Below the pieces are notes generated by a model, which was not told the origin of the DNA, made no database searches, and saw nothing but the letters and a program-made list of their open reading frames with translations. This document shows positions 1 to 12,689 of a DNA stretch of 64,000 nucleotides, in pieces. Every line of letters starts with the position of its first letter. Position 1 is the stretch's first letter. Made by a program: the position numbers and the translations under genes. This DNA comes from Malacoraja senta (taxonomy: Eukaryota): positions 124,001 through 188,000 of the forward strand of contig JAXLNO010005863.1 in assembly GCA_038087875.1 (NCBI GenBank). The letters run 5' to 3'.

Positions 1-48
1 GGCTTTTGTTCATGTCTTCACTGATTCTGACGCTTCTTACACTTGCAG

Positions 49-324
49 AAACCTCTGAGGTGTTTATTGGGATTAAAAGTGATGGGTCGCAATCACTGAG
101 ACTCTCCTGCCTTGTCACAGGCTTCTAGCCACGGGCCATCGATGTAACGTGGCTGAGAGATGGTGAGGGGGTCCACAAGTCTGAATCCAGTGATGATCTG
201 TTGCCCAATTGGGATGGGACTTACCAGCTGAAGAATACAATTCAACTGAGTAGAGAAGATGTGGCAAAATTCTCCTGTTACATCGAACATGCAACTCTGC
301 TGCAGGGAGTCAATGTTCCACAGG
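49..324 (+). pseudogene. MHC class I-like alpha3 (IgC1) exon with in-frame stop
   Basis: Acceptor ttgcAG at 47-48 and donor GTAAGT at 325-330 bound a 276-nt phase 1-1 exon, the canonical class I alpha3 size. It translates to ETSEVFIGIKSDGSQSLRLSCLVTGF*PRAIDVTWLRDG...LLPNWDGTYQL...FSCYIEHATL, with the IgC1 Cys/Trp/Cys and the class I PNxDGTYQ motif. TAG at 126-128 replaces the Tyr of GFYP. Not in the ORF track because of the stop. Confidence 0.88.
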
Positions 325-418
325 GTAAGTGGCAAGTCAATGCGGCTGATCACTTGAGACAATAAACCTCCTGGACTGAGATAACAGCCTCAACTCACAC
401 TCTTAACTAAGCTGTGCA

Positions 419-1075
419 TTTAGACTTTAAACTTTAGAGATATGGTGCAGATACAGACCCCTCAGCTCACTGAGTCCTCGCTGAACAGTGATCATCCCGT
501 ACATTTACACTAACCAACACACTGGGGACAAATTACAATTTTACCTAAGCCAAGTAACCTTCAAGCCCATATTTCTTTGGAGTGTGGGAGGGAACCGGAG
601 CACCCGGAGAAAACCCACGCAGTCACAGGGAGAACATACAATGTCCTTGCAGACAGCACCTGTAGTCAGGATCGAACCCAGGTCTCTGGTGCAGTAAGGA
701 AGCAGCTCTACTGCTACGCCACTGTGCCACCCATTATTAATTTGTGGTTATCTAATTGCCCAGAATTATTGATAGTCAATGGAATGTGGTTTTAGTTTAA
801 GAGATACAGCCCAGAAACCAGCCCTTCAGCCCACCGAGTCTGCGTCAACCAGCGATCCCTGCACACTTACATTATCTTACTTATTAGGGGACAATTTACA
901 ATTATACCAAGCCAATTAACCTACAAACCTGTCTGTCTTTGGACTGAGGGAGGAAACCGGAGATCCAGGCAAAACCCACGCAAGTCCCGGGGAGAAGGTA
1001 CAAAACTCTGTACAGACGGGACCCGTAGTCAGAATTGAACCGGGTCTCTGGCGCTGTAAGGCAGCAGTTCCACCG
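419..1075 (-). repeat. Two HE1-type (V-SINE) tRNA-derived SINEs
   Basis: Reverse-strand tRNA-like head (B box GGTTCGATCC-like), central GGTTTCCTCCCACA domain and (CTAAA)n tail. Confidence 0.85.
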
Positions 1076-1870
1076 AGTGGGCAAAGCAGAGCCAAATGGA
1101 ATACAGTGTAGCAAGTGTCTGGTTTTACATTTTGGCAGTCGGAATAAAGACATAGACTATTTTCTAAATGGGGAGAGAATTCAGAAATCTGGGCTACAAA
1201 GTGGGAATACTAGTGCAGGATTCCCAAATAGTTCATTTGCAGATTGAGTCAGTGGTAAGTAAGGCAAATGCAATGCCAGCATTCATTTCGGGGGGACTAG
1301 AATATAAAAACAATGATATAATGCTGAGGATTTATCGGGCACTGGTGAAGACACATTTGGAATATTGTGAGCAGTTTTGGGCTCCATATTAGAAAGGATG
1401 TGCTGGCTTTGGAGAGGGTCCAGAGGAAGTATGTCCTGGGGATGATTGATTTAACGTATGAGGAATGTTTGAAGTCTCTGGGCTTCTACTCATGGGAATT
1501 TAGAAGGATGAGGGGGAAATCTCTGAAACCTACCAGTTAATGAAAGTCCCAGTTGGTGGATGTGGATAGGATGTTTTCAGTAATGGGAGAGTCTAGCACA
1601 GCCTCACAATAAAATACGTACTTTCAAAATGGAGATGAGGAGGAATTTCTTTAGTCACAGGGTGGTGAATCTGTGGAATTCATTGATACAGACAGCTGTG
1701 TGGGTCAAGTCATTGCATATTTTAAAGCAGAGAATGATAGGTTCTTGATTAGTATGAGTGCCAAAAGTTACAGGGAGAAGGCTGGAGAATGGGATTCAGA
1801 GGTAAAAATAGATCTGCCATGACTGAATGGTGGAGTAGACTCAATGGACTGAAAGGCCTACTTCTGCTCC
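1075..1870 (+). mobile_element. CR1 LINE 3' fragment (degraded), in the MHC-like intron
   Basis: SKCLVLHFGSRNK...HLEYCEQFWAPY, with a CR1 3' tail. Confidence 0.85.
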
Positions 1871-2057
1871 AATGGTAAAAATTATTCTTGTCACCCTTAA
1901 CTCACACATCCAAATGTAGGAAGCAAGATAGGCTGATCCTGGCCAAGGTCTCTTATCTTATTTCTTGGGCATCTAGCTAATTTTTTTGATAGTAGTTAGT
2001 TGCACAAAAGGCCAATAGTGGTGCCACATCCAACCTCATTATCAGTCTGAAGTAGCA

Positions 2058-2063
<6 letters not shown>

Positions 2064-2100
<37 letters not shown>

Positions 2101-2122
2101 CGTGCGTGCGTGTGTGTGTGTG
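2064..2122. repeat. (TG)n/(CG)n alternating purine-pyrimidine tract
   Basis: Direct inspection. Confidence 0.9.
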
Positions 2123-2269
2123 AAAATATCAAACTCTCAGATATTTAAATATCAGCAAAGTTTAAAACCTTTGAAGTTTTATCAACTATAAATGGGTTCA
2201 CTTTTATTTGCTAAAATAACAATGGTCAACATAAGAAAATAGCCTTGTTGACCTCTACACTGCAAATAG

Positions 2270-3105
2270 ACCACCGGGGGCGCTGACCTGTCTGTCCTTT
2301 CACCTTTCTTTTTTATTTTAGTCAGTAAAGTGTTTTGTTTTGGAGGTCTAGACTTTTTTGTGTGGGGGGGGAAGGGGGAAACTACCTTTCAGGGTCCCTA
2401 CCTGGCCGGAGAGGCAGCTTTTCTCCGGGCTGCAGCTTCGACCCGTCCTCGCGGCCTACCAGCAGGCCTGGAGCGGCGTTTCCTGTCGGGGACCGCCCAG
2501 AGCCTTGGCTTCGGCGGCGGCACAGCGCTGGAGCGCTATCGCGGAGCGGGCGATGCCTTGCCCGGGTCGCCGCGCTGGAGCTCCGGTGAGCTGAGGATCA
2601 CTGGAGAAAACATCGCGGGGCTGCGGGACTGTGGAGCGACCAGCTGCGGGCAGCGGCGCTGAACTTTACACCGGGAGCCTGGGATCTCTATATGAGAGCG
2701 CCAGTTGTGGAGCTCCAACCGGCGCGGCCTTGTTGGCTTCGGAAGCCGCGGCCCCCAGTGCGGAAGCGGCCGTTCCAGGGTTCCCAGGCCGCTGGGAGGA
2801 CTCTCCCGTCGCCGGAGCAACATCACCCGCCGAGAACGGCCTGGAACATCGGGCCTCCGTAGAGGCAACTGTGGAGGCCTCAATGGGCCCGACTATGGGT
2901 GAACTGGGGTGGGGGACTGGACTTTGTGCCTTCCCTCATGGTGGGAGCCATTGTGGGGGGATGTTCAGTGTTAAGACTATCTTGGTGTGATGTCTGTATT
3001 CTTCTCTTTTTTGTGCTGCATAATGGCAAAAAGCATTTCACTTCACTACACCCGGGTGTATGTGAATGTGACAAATAAAATATCTTGAATCTTGAATCTT
3101 TATTT
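2270..3105 (+). repeat. Unclassified GC-rich interspersed element with LINE-like AATAAA/(TCTTGAA)n tail
   Basis: CpG-rich body and tail aataaaatatcttgaatcttgaatc. Similar architecture at about 13440-13760 and at 9090-9375/10486-10830. Confidence 0.45.
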
Positions 3106-3327
3106 CTGACATATGCTTGATTCTTTAAATTCATAATTAAATGCTGCAGATAAAATCTCAACGCTAATATGAACTTCAAAGATTTTTCATTGATCTATTT
3201 AAACATCCATCGTCTGGACAATTACATAAATCTAAGACTTTGTTACTTTGTAATTAGATATGAACAGTGCTAGTTTAATGTAGATAATAAAATCATTACA
3301 AAGTCGTTATTGATCAATACATGGCAG

Positions 3328-3548
3328 CGAAAGAAGATATAAAGATTAGGATCGTGACTGGAGCTGTAATTGTTCCTCTTATTCTCCTGGGGATCATCCT
3401 TGGAATTGGTTGCTGGAAGAAGAGGAAAAAGATGAAACCTTTCAATGAACAGGGACCAGCTGACAACAGCAGAGACCAGCAGCGGACTGCAGTGACCATG
3501 AAGCACAATCAGCTTCCGTTGGGATACAGAGGAGGTCTACCGGAATGA
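3328..3548 (+). CDS. Connecting peptide/transmembrane/cytoplasmic exon of the MHC class I-like gene
   Basis: Phase-1 acceptor (ggcAG 3326-3327; an alternative in-frame AG at 3302-3303) continues the alpha3 frame. It gives AKEDIKIRIVTGAVIVPLILLGIILGIGCWKKRKK, a hydrophobic helix plus basic stop-transfer cluster. The frame ends at TGA 3546-3548. The polypyrimidine tract is weak. Confidence 0.65.
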
Positions 3549-4000
3549 TGCCTGGATTAGTGGGGTATTAGCCACAGGGAGAAGTTGGACAGACTGGGCA
3601 GTTGGATTGTTTTCTCTGGAATGTCGGGGATTGAGGGGAGACCTGACAGTAATATATCAAACTGGGAGGAGTAGCGATAGGGTAGACCATCTGACTTTTT
3701 ACCCAGGAAGGAAATATCAAATAAGAGCAGGTATAGCTTTGCAATGAGTGGCAAAGTTTAAAAAAGATGTGCAGGACAAGTGTTTTACGCCAAGGGTGGC
3801 GAGTGACTGGAATGTGCTGCCGGGGGTGGTGGTGGAAGCAGATATGATAGTGGCATTTAAGAGACTTTTAGATAGGCACATGTATATGCAGGGTATGGAT
3901 GGATATGGATTATGTGCAAGCAGATAACAATTGGTCTTGGCATCATGTTCGGCACAAACATTGTGGGTCAAAGGGCCTGTTATTGTGCTGTACTGTTCTA
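3520..4000 (+). mobile_element. CR1 LINE 3' fragment abutting the TM exon
   Basis: gatacagaggaggtctaccggaatgatgcctggattag is the degenerate QRRFTRMxPGL region; the CR1 tail ends at about 4000. Confidence 0.78.
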
Positions 4001-4261
4001 TGTTCTATGCTCTTTATTGTATCAATGCTGACTGATGGCTTTACATTCAGCCATTAATTTTTCAAGTGCTGTCTTCACCAGTTACCCTGTGATTCCAAAG
4101 TCATACATTGCGCCACATTTTGGAATAAAAGGTCGCCCATTTTATTGATTGATACTTTATTACCATATGAGTCATGTCACAGTGAAATTCTTTGTTTTGC
4201 ATGACATACAAAGAGTCACCATGTATAGGGTGTCGACACAGTTACAAAGTAATCATTACAG

Positions 4262-4440
4262 TCCCCAATGGTCCCTCTTTGTTCTCGGCAGTCCCTCCAT
4301 GTTGGGTTCACCTGTGTTATCAACGGCCCCCCAACCCTGGGACCATCTTTGTTCTCGGCAGCCGCTCCATGTTGGGTTCACCTGTATTATCAGCCCCCCC
4401 AACCCCGAGACCCTCTTTGTTCTCGGCAATCCTCCCTTGC
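4262..4440 (+). repeat. About 69-bp tandem repeat x2.5-3
   Basis: CTTTGTTCTCGGCA at 4277, 4347 and 4415. Confidence 0.85.
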
Positions 4441-7354
4441 CAGGTTCTTCTTTAAAATAGCTATGAAGAAGATTTATTTTCCAGGAGGTGTATGATTTGC
4501 CTGAACATTCTATTCCAGCTGTGAAGATAAGGTGAATGAATATTTTCCAGGTTGAGATATAGAGAATTTTAGATCAGAAATGAATCAAAGGTAGCAGGAA
4601 TAATGCAGTAAACTGATCGAAATCAGATTGGACATAATGTTATTGAATGATGCAGTCTGTTCAAGGGGGCTTACAGCTGATTACTAATCTTATTTTATAT
4701 AAAACATAAAAATGTTCATCTCAGGAAGAGGCCCTTTGGCCCACAATGTCTGTGGTGAACATGATGAGATGCTAAACTGATCCCATCCAACTGCAACTTG
4801 ATCCATATCCCTCTATTTCCTGCAGATCAGTTTGTCGATCTAAAAGCCTCTCAAACATCATATACATATCTTGCGAGAGATAGACACAAAAAGTTGGAGA
4901 AACTCACCGGATCAGACAGCATCTCTGGATACAAGACATAGGTGACATTTCGGGATGAGACCCTTGTTCAGACTCCAGAAATGCTGTTTGACCCGCTGAG
5001 TTACTCCAGCTTTTTGAGCCTATCTTCGGGTTAAACCTGCATCTGCAGTTCGTTCCTAGTTATTTTGCCACTTGTCTTTGTCACATACTGTAAGCTGCAT
5101 TCCTTGTTCACATACCTGATGGTGTAGTGGAGAAGTAATTGCCTTTGCATTTAATGCTTCACTCAGTGCTTCAAGTATTTAATGGGCCAGTCAACAAGGA
5201 TCTTTGTTTTCAATACGAACCACGCTCTACACCACAGCTTCGATAAGATTGCTTAGTTTAGTTGAGTTATAGAGCATGGATGCAGAGCCTTCAGCTCATC
5301 GAGTTGATACCAACCATCCTGCACACCAGTTCTGTTATCCCTCTTTCACATCCGCTTTCGATACACTAGGGCAATTTTACAAAGGCCAACTCACCTACAA
5401 ACCTGTACATCATTGAGATGTGCGAGGAAACCGGAGCACCGGGAGAAATCCCACATGGTCACAGGGAGCACATGCAAACTCCACATAGACAACATCCCAG
5501 TCCCATGTCATGTGAATATTTATGGAACATGGTAACGTATGGGGGCTGTGTTTTGTTGACCCGACAGATCACAGGTAACAATACTCATTATCAAAGCTGT
5601 GGTGTAATAGCTCTGGAAGTGTTTTATGTGCAACAGACCGAGAATTTCATTGTATATCCACCAGTGTCATTTCTGAATTATGAGCATTTAATAAAATACT
5701 TTTGAATGAGTTTTACCAAGACGTTAGCATGCTACACTGACCTATATACTTGTTTTGTCATTGTTAATACTACAGACAGCTATTTACTCAATCATAAGAT
5801 CATCAGTGATAGGAACAGAATTAGGCCATTCGTCCCATCTATCATGGCTGATCTATCCTATCCTCCAAACCTCATTTTCCTGCCTTCTCCCCATAACCCC
5901 TGACACCCGTACTATTCAAGAATCTATCTATCTCTGCCTTAAAAAATATCCATTGACAGCCTCCACAGCCTTCCGTGGCAGAATTCCACAGATTTACCAC
6001 CCTCTGAATAAAGAAATTCCTCCTCATCTCCTTCCTAAAGGAGTGTACTTTGATTGTGAGGCTATGCCCTCTGGTGATATGCTGACACTAGTGGAAACAT
6101 CCTCTCAACATCCACTCTATCCAGGCCTTTCACTATTCGGTAAGTTTCAATGAGGTCCCCCCCTCATCCTTCTAAACTCCAGCGAGTAGAGGCCTAGTGC
6201 CGTCAAACGCCCATCAGAACGGAATAACAACAACTTTACTCTTCATATAACCAATTTGAAAATTCACACCTCCACATTCAGGGACAGTCTCTTCCCAATT
6301 GTTATCAGGCAACTGAAACCATCCTACCTACAACCAGGGTGCAGTCCTGAACTACTGTCTCCTGCATTGGAGATCCTCGGGCAATCTTTGATCGGACTTT
6401 ACTGCCTTTATCTTGCACCAAACGTTATTCATGTTATTCCCTTGATCATATATCTGTACACTATGGATGGCTCGATTGTAATGTATTGTCTTTCCACTGA
6501 CTGGTTAGCACATTTAGTTTATTTAGTTTAGAGATACAGGGTGGAAACAGGGTCCGCACCAATTCCCGCACACTAACACTATCCTACACACACTTGGAAC
6601 AGGTTTACATTTATACCAACCCAATTAACCTACATACCCATAGTCAAGATCAAACCCGGCTGTGTGGCACTTAAGGCAGCAACTCCAGTGGTGCATCACC
6701 ATGTTGCCCTTATTGTTGTAGGATGTGCAGGGAATGGAGGTATATTATGTGCAGGCAGATAGGAGTTGGTCTTGGCATCATGTTCAACACAGACATTGTG
6801 GGCCAAAGGGCCTGTTCCTGTGCTGTACTGATCTATTGTGGTGATTGTGAAAACACATAATAATTACTTGATTGCTGATATCTTAAGTGTATTTACTTGG
6901 TACATTAAATATTCAGACAAAACTAAATTCCATTCCCAAGTCATCTAATTCCCACACCCTAGTCAGCATGAAACATCAACTTTATTGAGGTACTGATATA
7001 TTTATTTTCTGTTAATATGTAACTGTGAGTTTAATGTTACACCAAATGGTAATTGGCTTGTTTCCATCAGTGTTTGCAATCTGGGTGACCCTGAATTTAT
7101 TGCCCAGTTGTGAGATTCCTCGCAAGGACTGAGATGAAGCAGAAACCTGACTGCTAGACTTTTTGGAGGGGTTTGCAAGATTTTGACCCAACACCTCTGA
7201 AGGCAAGACAATATATTTACCTGCAGCATCAAACACACCTCAGACAGTGTCATCCAGGCACTCGTCACTGTCTGTGAAAAAACATGCCCTGCACATTTCC
7301 TTTAGACTCTCATCTTAAAGCTATGCCCTCTTGTATTCAATGTTTCCATCCATG

Positions 7355-7670
7355 TTAAGTTTAGTTTATTTTAGTTTAGAGATACAGGCCCTTCGGCCCA
7401 CCGGGTCCGCACCGACTAGTGATCCCTGGGCATTAGCACTACCCTACACACACTAGGGACGATTTACACATACACCAAGCCAATTAATCTACATACCTGT
7501 ACATCTTTGGAGTGTGGGAGGAAACCGAAGATCTCGGAGAAAACCCATGCTGTCATGGAGAGAACGTAGAAACTCCATACATACAGCACCCGTGGTCGGG
7601 ATCGAACCTGGGTCTCCCACGCTGCAAGCGCTGTAAAGCATCAACTCTACTGCTACGCCACAGTGACTGC
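7355..7670 (-). repeat. HE1-type SINE
   Basis: Same head, central domain and tail. Further - strand copies at about 5248-5490, 6515-6710, 12440-12660, 22990-23180, 23572-23878, 24355-24606, 47240-47515, 53805-53935 and 55925-56110. Confidence 0.85.
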
Positions 7671-8435
7671 CCCTGTTCTGACTATCTATCCTATCTATAC
7701 CTCTCATGGTTGTATGTACTTCTATCAGGTGTCCCATCAAACTCCGGCATTCTAGCGGAAGCAATCCATATCTGTCCATATGTTTGATGTAGCCAACACA
7801 CCCTAGTTGAGGCATCATTCTTGTAAACCTCTGCACCCTTTCCAATGCCTCTACATCCTTAATGTAATGGGTCAACAAAAACTGCACATAGTACTCCAAA
7901 TGTGGACTACCCAGCCCTATAAAACTGTATTATGACTTCCTGTCTCTAGAAACACAAGATTCAACCCCAAGATCTCTCTGTAGTTTAATGCTGTTAAGGG
8001 TCTTGCCAATAACTGTATACTTTTCCTTTACATTCGACCACTCAAAGTGTGACATACTTGCTCAAAATGACCTCCATTTGCATTTTTTCTGCCCATTTCT
8101 GTATCTGATGCATTTCCCATTGTACACTACAGCCTTCTTCACTCTTCGCAACTCCATCAATGTTGGTGGCGCCTGCAAACTAACTAACCAACCCAACCAC
8201 TTGGTGGCGCCAGCAATAGCTGCCTCTCCAACAGTCTGTCTGTCCCTTCATTCTTTGTGTTTTAACAGTTTGTGTTAAATCAGGGGTTGGCAACCTACGG
8301 CCCAGATCCGGACTGTAACTCGAAATCATCTGGCCCGCAGGCGTAACACAAAACACACACAACACTTATCCGAGAGTAGTTCTCACACACACACACACAC
8401 AGAGCCAATTCCATATCACAATACCCGTCGACTCA

Positions 8436-8752
8436 AGGGCCTGTCCCACTGTACGAGCTAATTCAAGTGTTCTCCCGAGTTTCCCCTGATTCGAACTCGG
8501 AGAATTATAGTAATAGCCGCTCGTAGGTACTCGGGGCTCTCGTGGACATTTTTCAACATGTTTACAAATCTTCACGAGTCTTCACGAGCTTACTGCGTTT
8601 CCCGAGTACCTGCCGTTAGCGTTACGAGCCGCTAAGAGACGTCCCGAGCTCTGACGTACCCGCTACGTACATTCTACGTACTTACCACGAGTATGATTTT
8701 TTTTTAAACTCGGGAGAGCTTTTGAATTACATCTTACAGTGGGACAGGCCCT
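8436..8752. mobile_element. MITE with about 47-bp TIRs (Harbinger- or Kolobok-like), copy 1
   Basis: AGGGCCTGTCCCACTGTACGAG...CAGTGGGACAGGCCCT; internally CpG-rich. Confidence 0.75.
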
Positions 8753-9384
8753 TAAATCTCTCTCTCTTTCCGCCCCTACCCTCCCACCCCCTCTTCCATC
8801 CTCCCGACCACGCAAAGTGAAAGCGTCCCCCACCTCAGTGCTGCGGCTTGTGTGAGACTGCAGCGGGATGAGAGCGACTTCGACAAGGCGGTACTGGAGC
8901 GGTTTCCTCAGGAGCCCAGCAGCGGACGGGCTGGAGGAAAACAAAGCATCAGCGGGGTCGGTGAGCAATTCCGCTCCGACCACAGTGTTGCACTTTAGTC
9001 GTATTTGTCGCGGGGGTAATTGTCTTTTTGTTACATTTTTGTCGCGATTTTTTTAAAACTATAATTAATTAATTATTAACTATGGTGATAGATGTGGCCC
9101 GCCATCCACTCACAGACATGGGTCCTGGCTCCTATGCAGAACAAGGATGCTGACCCATGTGTTAAATGTATGTTTTTAGTGTTCTTTAGCTTGTTTTACG
9201 GTGGGGGTGGTTGGGGGAGTTGCGGGAAACCTTTTCTAATATCTTACCTCGATGGAGATGCGATTTTTTTCTGTATCGTATCTCGGTCCGCACTGCAGCC
9301 TAACATCCAGGAGTTGGCGGCCTTTGGTGGAGACCGACTATTGAGAGCTCCACCACGGGAGCGTGCGGAGTTACCATCACGGAG

Positions 9385-10476
9385 TTACCATCACGGGTTC
9401 CTGAAAGGACTGGTGACAGGAGCCGTCTTTGTTGATCTGTCTGCCGCGTATGACACTGTGAACCACCACCTCCTCCAAAAAAAGATGAGCTACACCTCTA
9501 CTACGAGCGCAACCACCTACACGCAAACCCTGCGAAGACCCAAGCCTGCTCGTTCCATCTCAGGAACCGGGAAGCAAACAGACCCCTTAACATCACATGG
9601 TCTGGAACACCTCTTGAGCACTGCACCAACCCTGTCTACCTCGGTGTAACACTGGATCGCACTCTCTCCTATAAGGAACACGTCAAAAACACCAAACAAA
9701 GTAAATTCCCGGAATAACATCCTCCGGAAGCTGACCAACTCCAAATGGGGAGCCACAGCTCACACATTAAGATCTACTGCTCTGGCCCTGTGCTACTCCT
9801 CTGCGGAGTATGCGTGTCCTGTCTGGGAGAGATCATCCCATGCCAAGAAACTAGACCCAGCGTTGAATAACACCTGCCGCTCAATCACTGGCTGCTTGAA
9901 GCCCACCAACATAAAAAATCTGCACCTCCTCGCTGGCATTGCCCCTGCTGATGTGAGACGGAAAGTCGCCAGCCGAGTAGAGATGACCAAGGCCACCAGT
10001 GATGAACGCCACCTCCACTACGGACGTGTACCCCCGGCCCAACGGCTGAAGTCCAGGAGAAGCTTTCTCAGCCATGTCCAGCCCCTAATAGCATCACGGG
10101 AAGAAACCAGACTCCAACAATGGACAAAAAGGCTCGAGGACGACCCCCCTCCTACTGACATGGGTATCCCTCCTTCTGAAGCCCTCCCTCCGGGCTCAGA
10201 AGCACCATGGGTCCAGTGGAAGACGCTCAACCGCCTGAGAACAGGAACAGGGCGATCAAAGGAAGCCATGGCCAGATGGGGCTATGAAACTGGCCAAACC
10301 ACCTGTGAAGGTGGAGAAGAGGACCACACAATGCAGCACTGCCTTGTCTTCCCCCTACTACCCAACCAGTGCAGCTCAAAGTATCTTGCAGTGTTCAATA
10401 AAAATGCAAAGGACTGTGTAAAGGAATGGGAAACTGTCATATAGCCAACCAGCTTCAAAGACACGAAAAGAAGAAG
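9385..10476 (+). mobile_element. RTEX-like non-LTR retrotransposon, 5'-truncated, RT core deleted
   Basis: GAVFVDLSAAYDTVNH; YLGVTLDRTLSY; LCYSSAEYACPVW; WKTLNRLRTG; (GAA)n tail; ATCACGGAG duplicated at 9376-9384 and 10477-10485. Confidence 0.72.
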
Positions 10477-12689
10477 ATCACGGAGCTCATGATCCCTTTG
10501 CCAGGGATCGACCTCGGAGCTCCAACTGTGGGTGCTTGCGGAGTTACCATCACGGAGCTCGCGGTCTCTGGTCAGAGACCGACCTTGGGAGTTCCAAGCT
10601 GCAGGTGCTTCGACCACCCCGACACAGGAGCTTCAATCGCCCCTACGCAGGTGCTTCAACCGCCCGCTGCGGGAGCTTCGATCACCCCGACAATGGCTCT
10701 ACTGCCCCGACCGCGGGAGAATAAAAAGAAAGAAGATTGGACTTTTTTGCCTTCCATCACAGTGAGGAATGTGGGATTCTGCCGTGGTGGATGTTTATGT
10801 TAACTTTTATGTCATTGTGTCTTGTTGCTTGTCTTGGGCCAGGGGTGGGATCCAGTACAGGCAAGGCCAACAACTTTAATGACAATCAAAATAAGAATGC
10901 AAGGAAACAACAAGAGATCCAATCAGAACATAGACACAAAATGCTGGAGTAACTCGTCGGGACAGGCAGCATCTCTGAAGAGAAGGAATGGGTGACATTT
11001 TGGGTCGAGACCCTTCTTCAGGCTGATGTCAGGGGAATGGGAGGTCGATAGATAAGGAACTGTATAGATAAGGACGTGTAAGATGTGAAAACAGGACAAA
11101 GGGAATGGAGATCAAGGAAAATGTAGCAGCAAAGGAAAGAGATAAAGAAGGGAAACTCTCGGAAAAGATTGACAAGGGGGGGATCTGCTACATAGTGAGA
11201 AGCTGGGGTAAATATAACACCTTTATTTAACAGCAAGCTGCCTCGGTAAACAAATAAGTAACAAGCCAACAGATGGTTACACTGATAAAGTTATACCAAC
11301 AAGGGTGTTTGCAGGTTCAAGTGCAACATAAACTCTGGCCTTGAAGTATGATACTGTTTGATTGGTTTCTGTGTGCGTACGCAATGAGATTCTTTACAAT
11401 GTAAATCAGAATATGAAAAACGGAGAAAAAAGTAAAATATATAGATTCATTCTTGCAAAACCTTTCACAACATTTTAAAAACATTTAGAACCACTGAGTA
11501 TTTCTTGAAAAGTAAACACTATTGAATGAATAAACAAAGAACATTGAGCAGGATGACACAGGGACAAGCCCTAGCATCACAATGTCTGTGCTGGCTATGT
11601 TGCCTTTACAAACTTTGCCCCCATCTTCCTGCACATGGTCTATCCAGACTGAAGAAGGGTCTCGACCCAAAATATCACCCAATCCTTCTCTCCTGAGATG
11701 CTGCCTTTCCCACTGAGTTACTCAAGATTTTTGTGTCTACCTTTGGTTTAAACCAGCATCTGCTGTTCCTTTCCACACACCCCTTTATTTCCTCTCTGTT
11801 CACATGTCAGGACCCAAGAGAGACAAGAGAGTTAAGCTTCTTTAATGAAATGTCTAATTAAATGTTCCAACAACAGAACAATTACATTATTACATGCAGC
11901 AGCCTAACAGGCCCATAAACAGAGTATAAATAGATAAACAAGATAATAATAAAAATAAAAAATAAAAGAGCCACTGTGTGGCGCGACAGTCAAAATCAAT
12001 TTATTAGTTAACATAAAACATAGGGCAGTACCACATACATGCCTGTTTAAATGCCTTTAAACATTGCTATCATATCTGTTTCCACTACTTCCTCTGACAG
12101 CACGCTCCAAGCACCCACCACTCTCTGTGTAAAAAATCATTTAAGATTTACTCCTCTCTACTCTGTGTCTCTCATAATTATATATACTTCCATCAGGTGT
12201 CCTTTATCCCCCTCATATTCCAACTCCACAAGAGCAAATGATCTAAGTTTGTCCAACCTGTCCTCACAGCTGACACTCTCAAACACTGCTTTCAATTTTC
12301 ATTCAAAGGGAAATGTGATGAGCTACAGATGATCTGTGTTCTTCGGTGGTATCAACTGCAAGAAAAATATCAATGAGGATTCTGGGATTAACCTGTATTC
12401 CTTAAATAACGTTTTGGGATTATTTTTTAGAGGGCTGAAATATATATCAGGCCATTCAGCCCACCGAATCCACACCAGTCATTGACCATCCGTTCACACC
12501 AGTTCAGTGTTATCACATTTATGCATCATATTTTGACTTCACGGAGGCCGATTAAACAACAAGCCAGCATGTGGTGTACAAGGAAGCTGGAGCACCTGGA
12601 GGTAGCCAGCGCAGTCACAGGGGGAAGGTGCAAACTCCACATGGACAGTACTTGAGGGCAGAAACAAGGCCAGGTCATAAGGAATGGGT

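Noticed and set aside
2064-2122. Z-DNA-forming tract in the MHC-like intron
   Set aside because: Ordinary microsatellite; no evidence of function.
2330-2990. Several overlapping GC-rich ORFs
   Set aside because: Open frames reflect GC content of an interspersed repeat; no recognisable domain or splice structure.
4485-4531. Possible cytoplasmic exon of the class I-like gene (ttttccAG…AAG|GTGAAT; EVYDLPEHSIPAVKI)
   Set aside because: Splice signals are plausible, but it needs a phase-0 donor that the TM exon lacks (only a weak GTGACC), and the phase-1 reading hits TGA. Unsupported without transcripts.
7221-7271. 51-nt minus-strand exon-like segment with AG and GTAAAT
   Set aside because: The sequence is a degenerate CR1 3' end.
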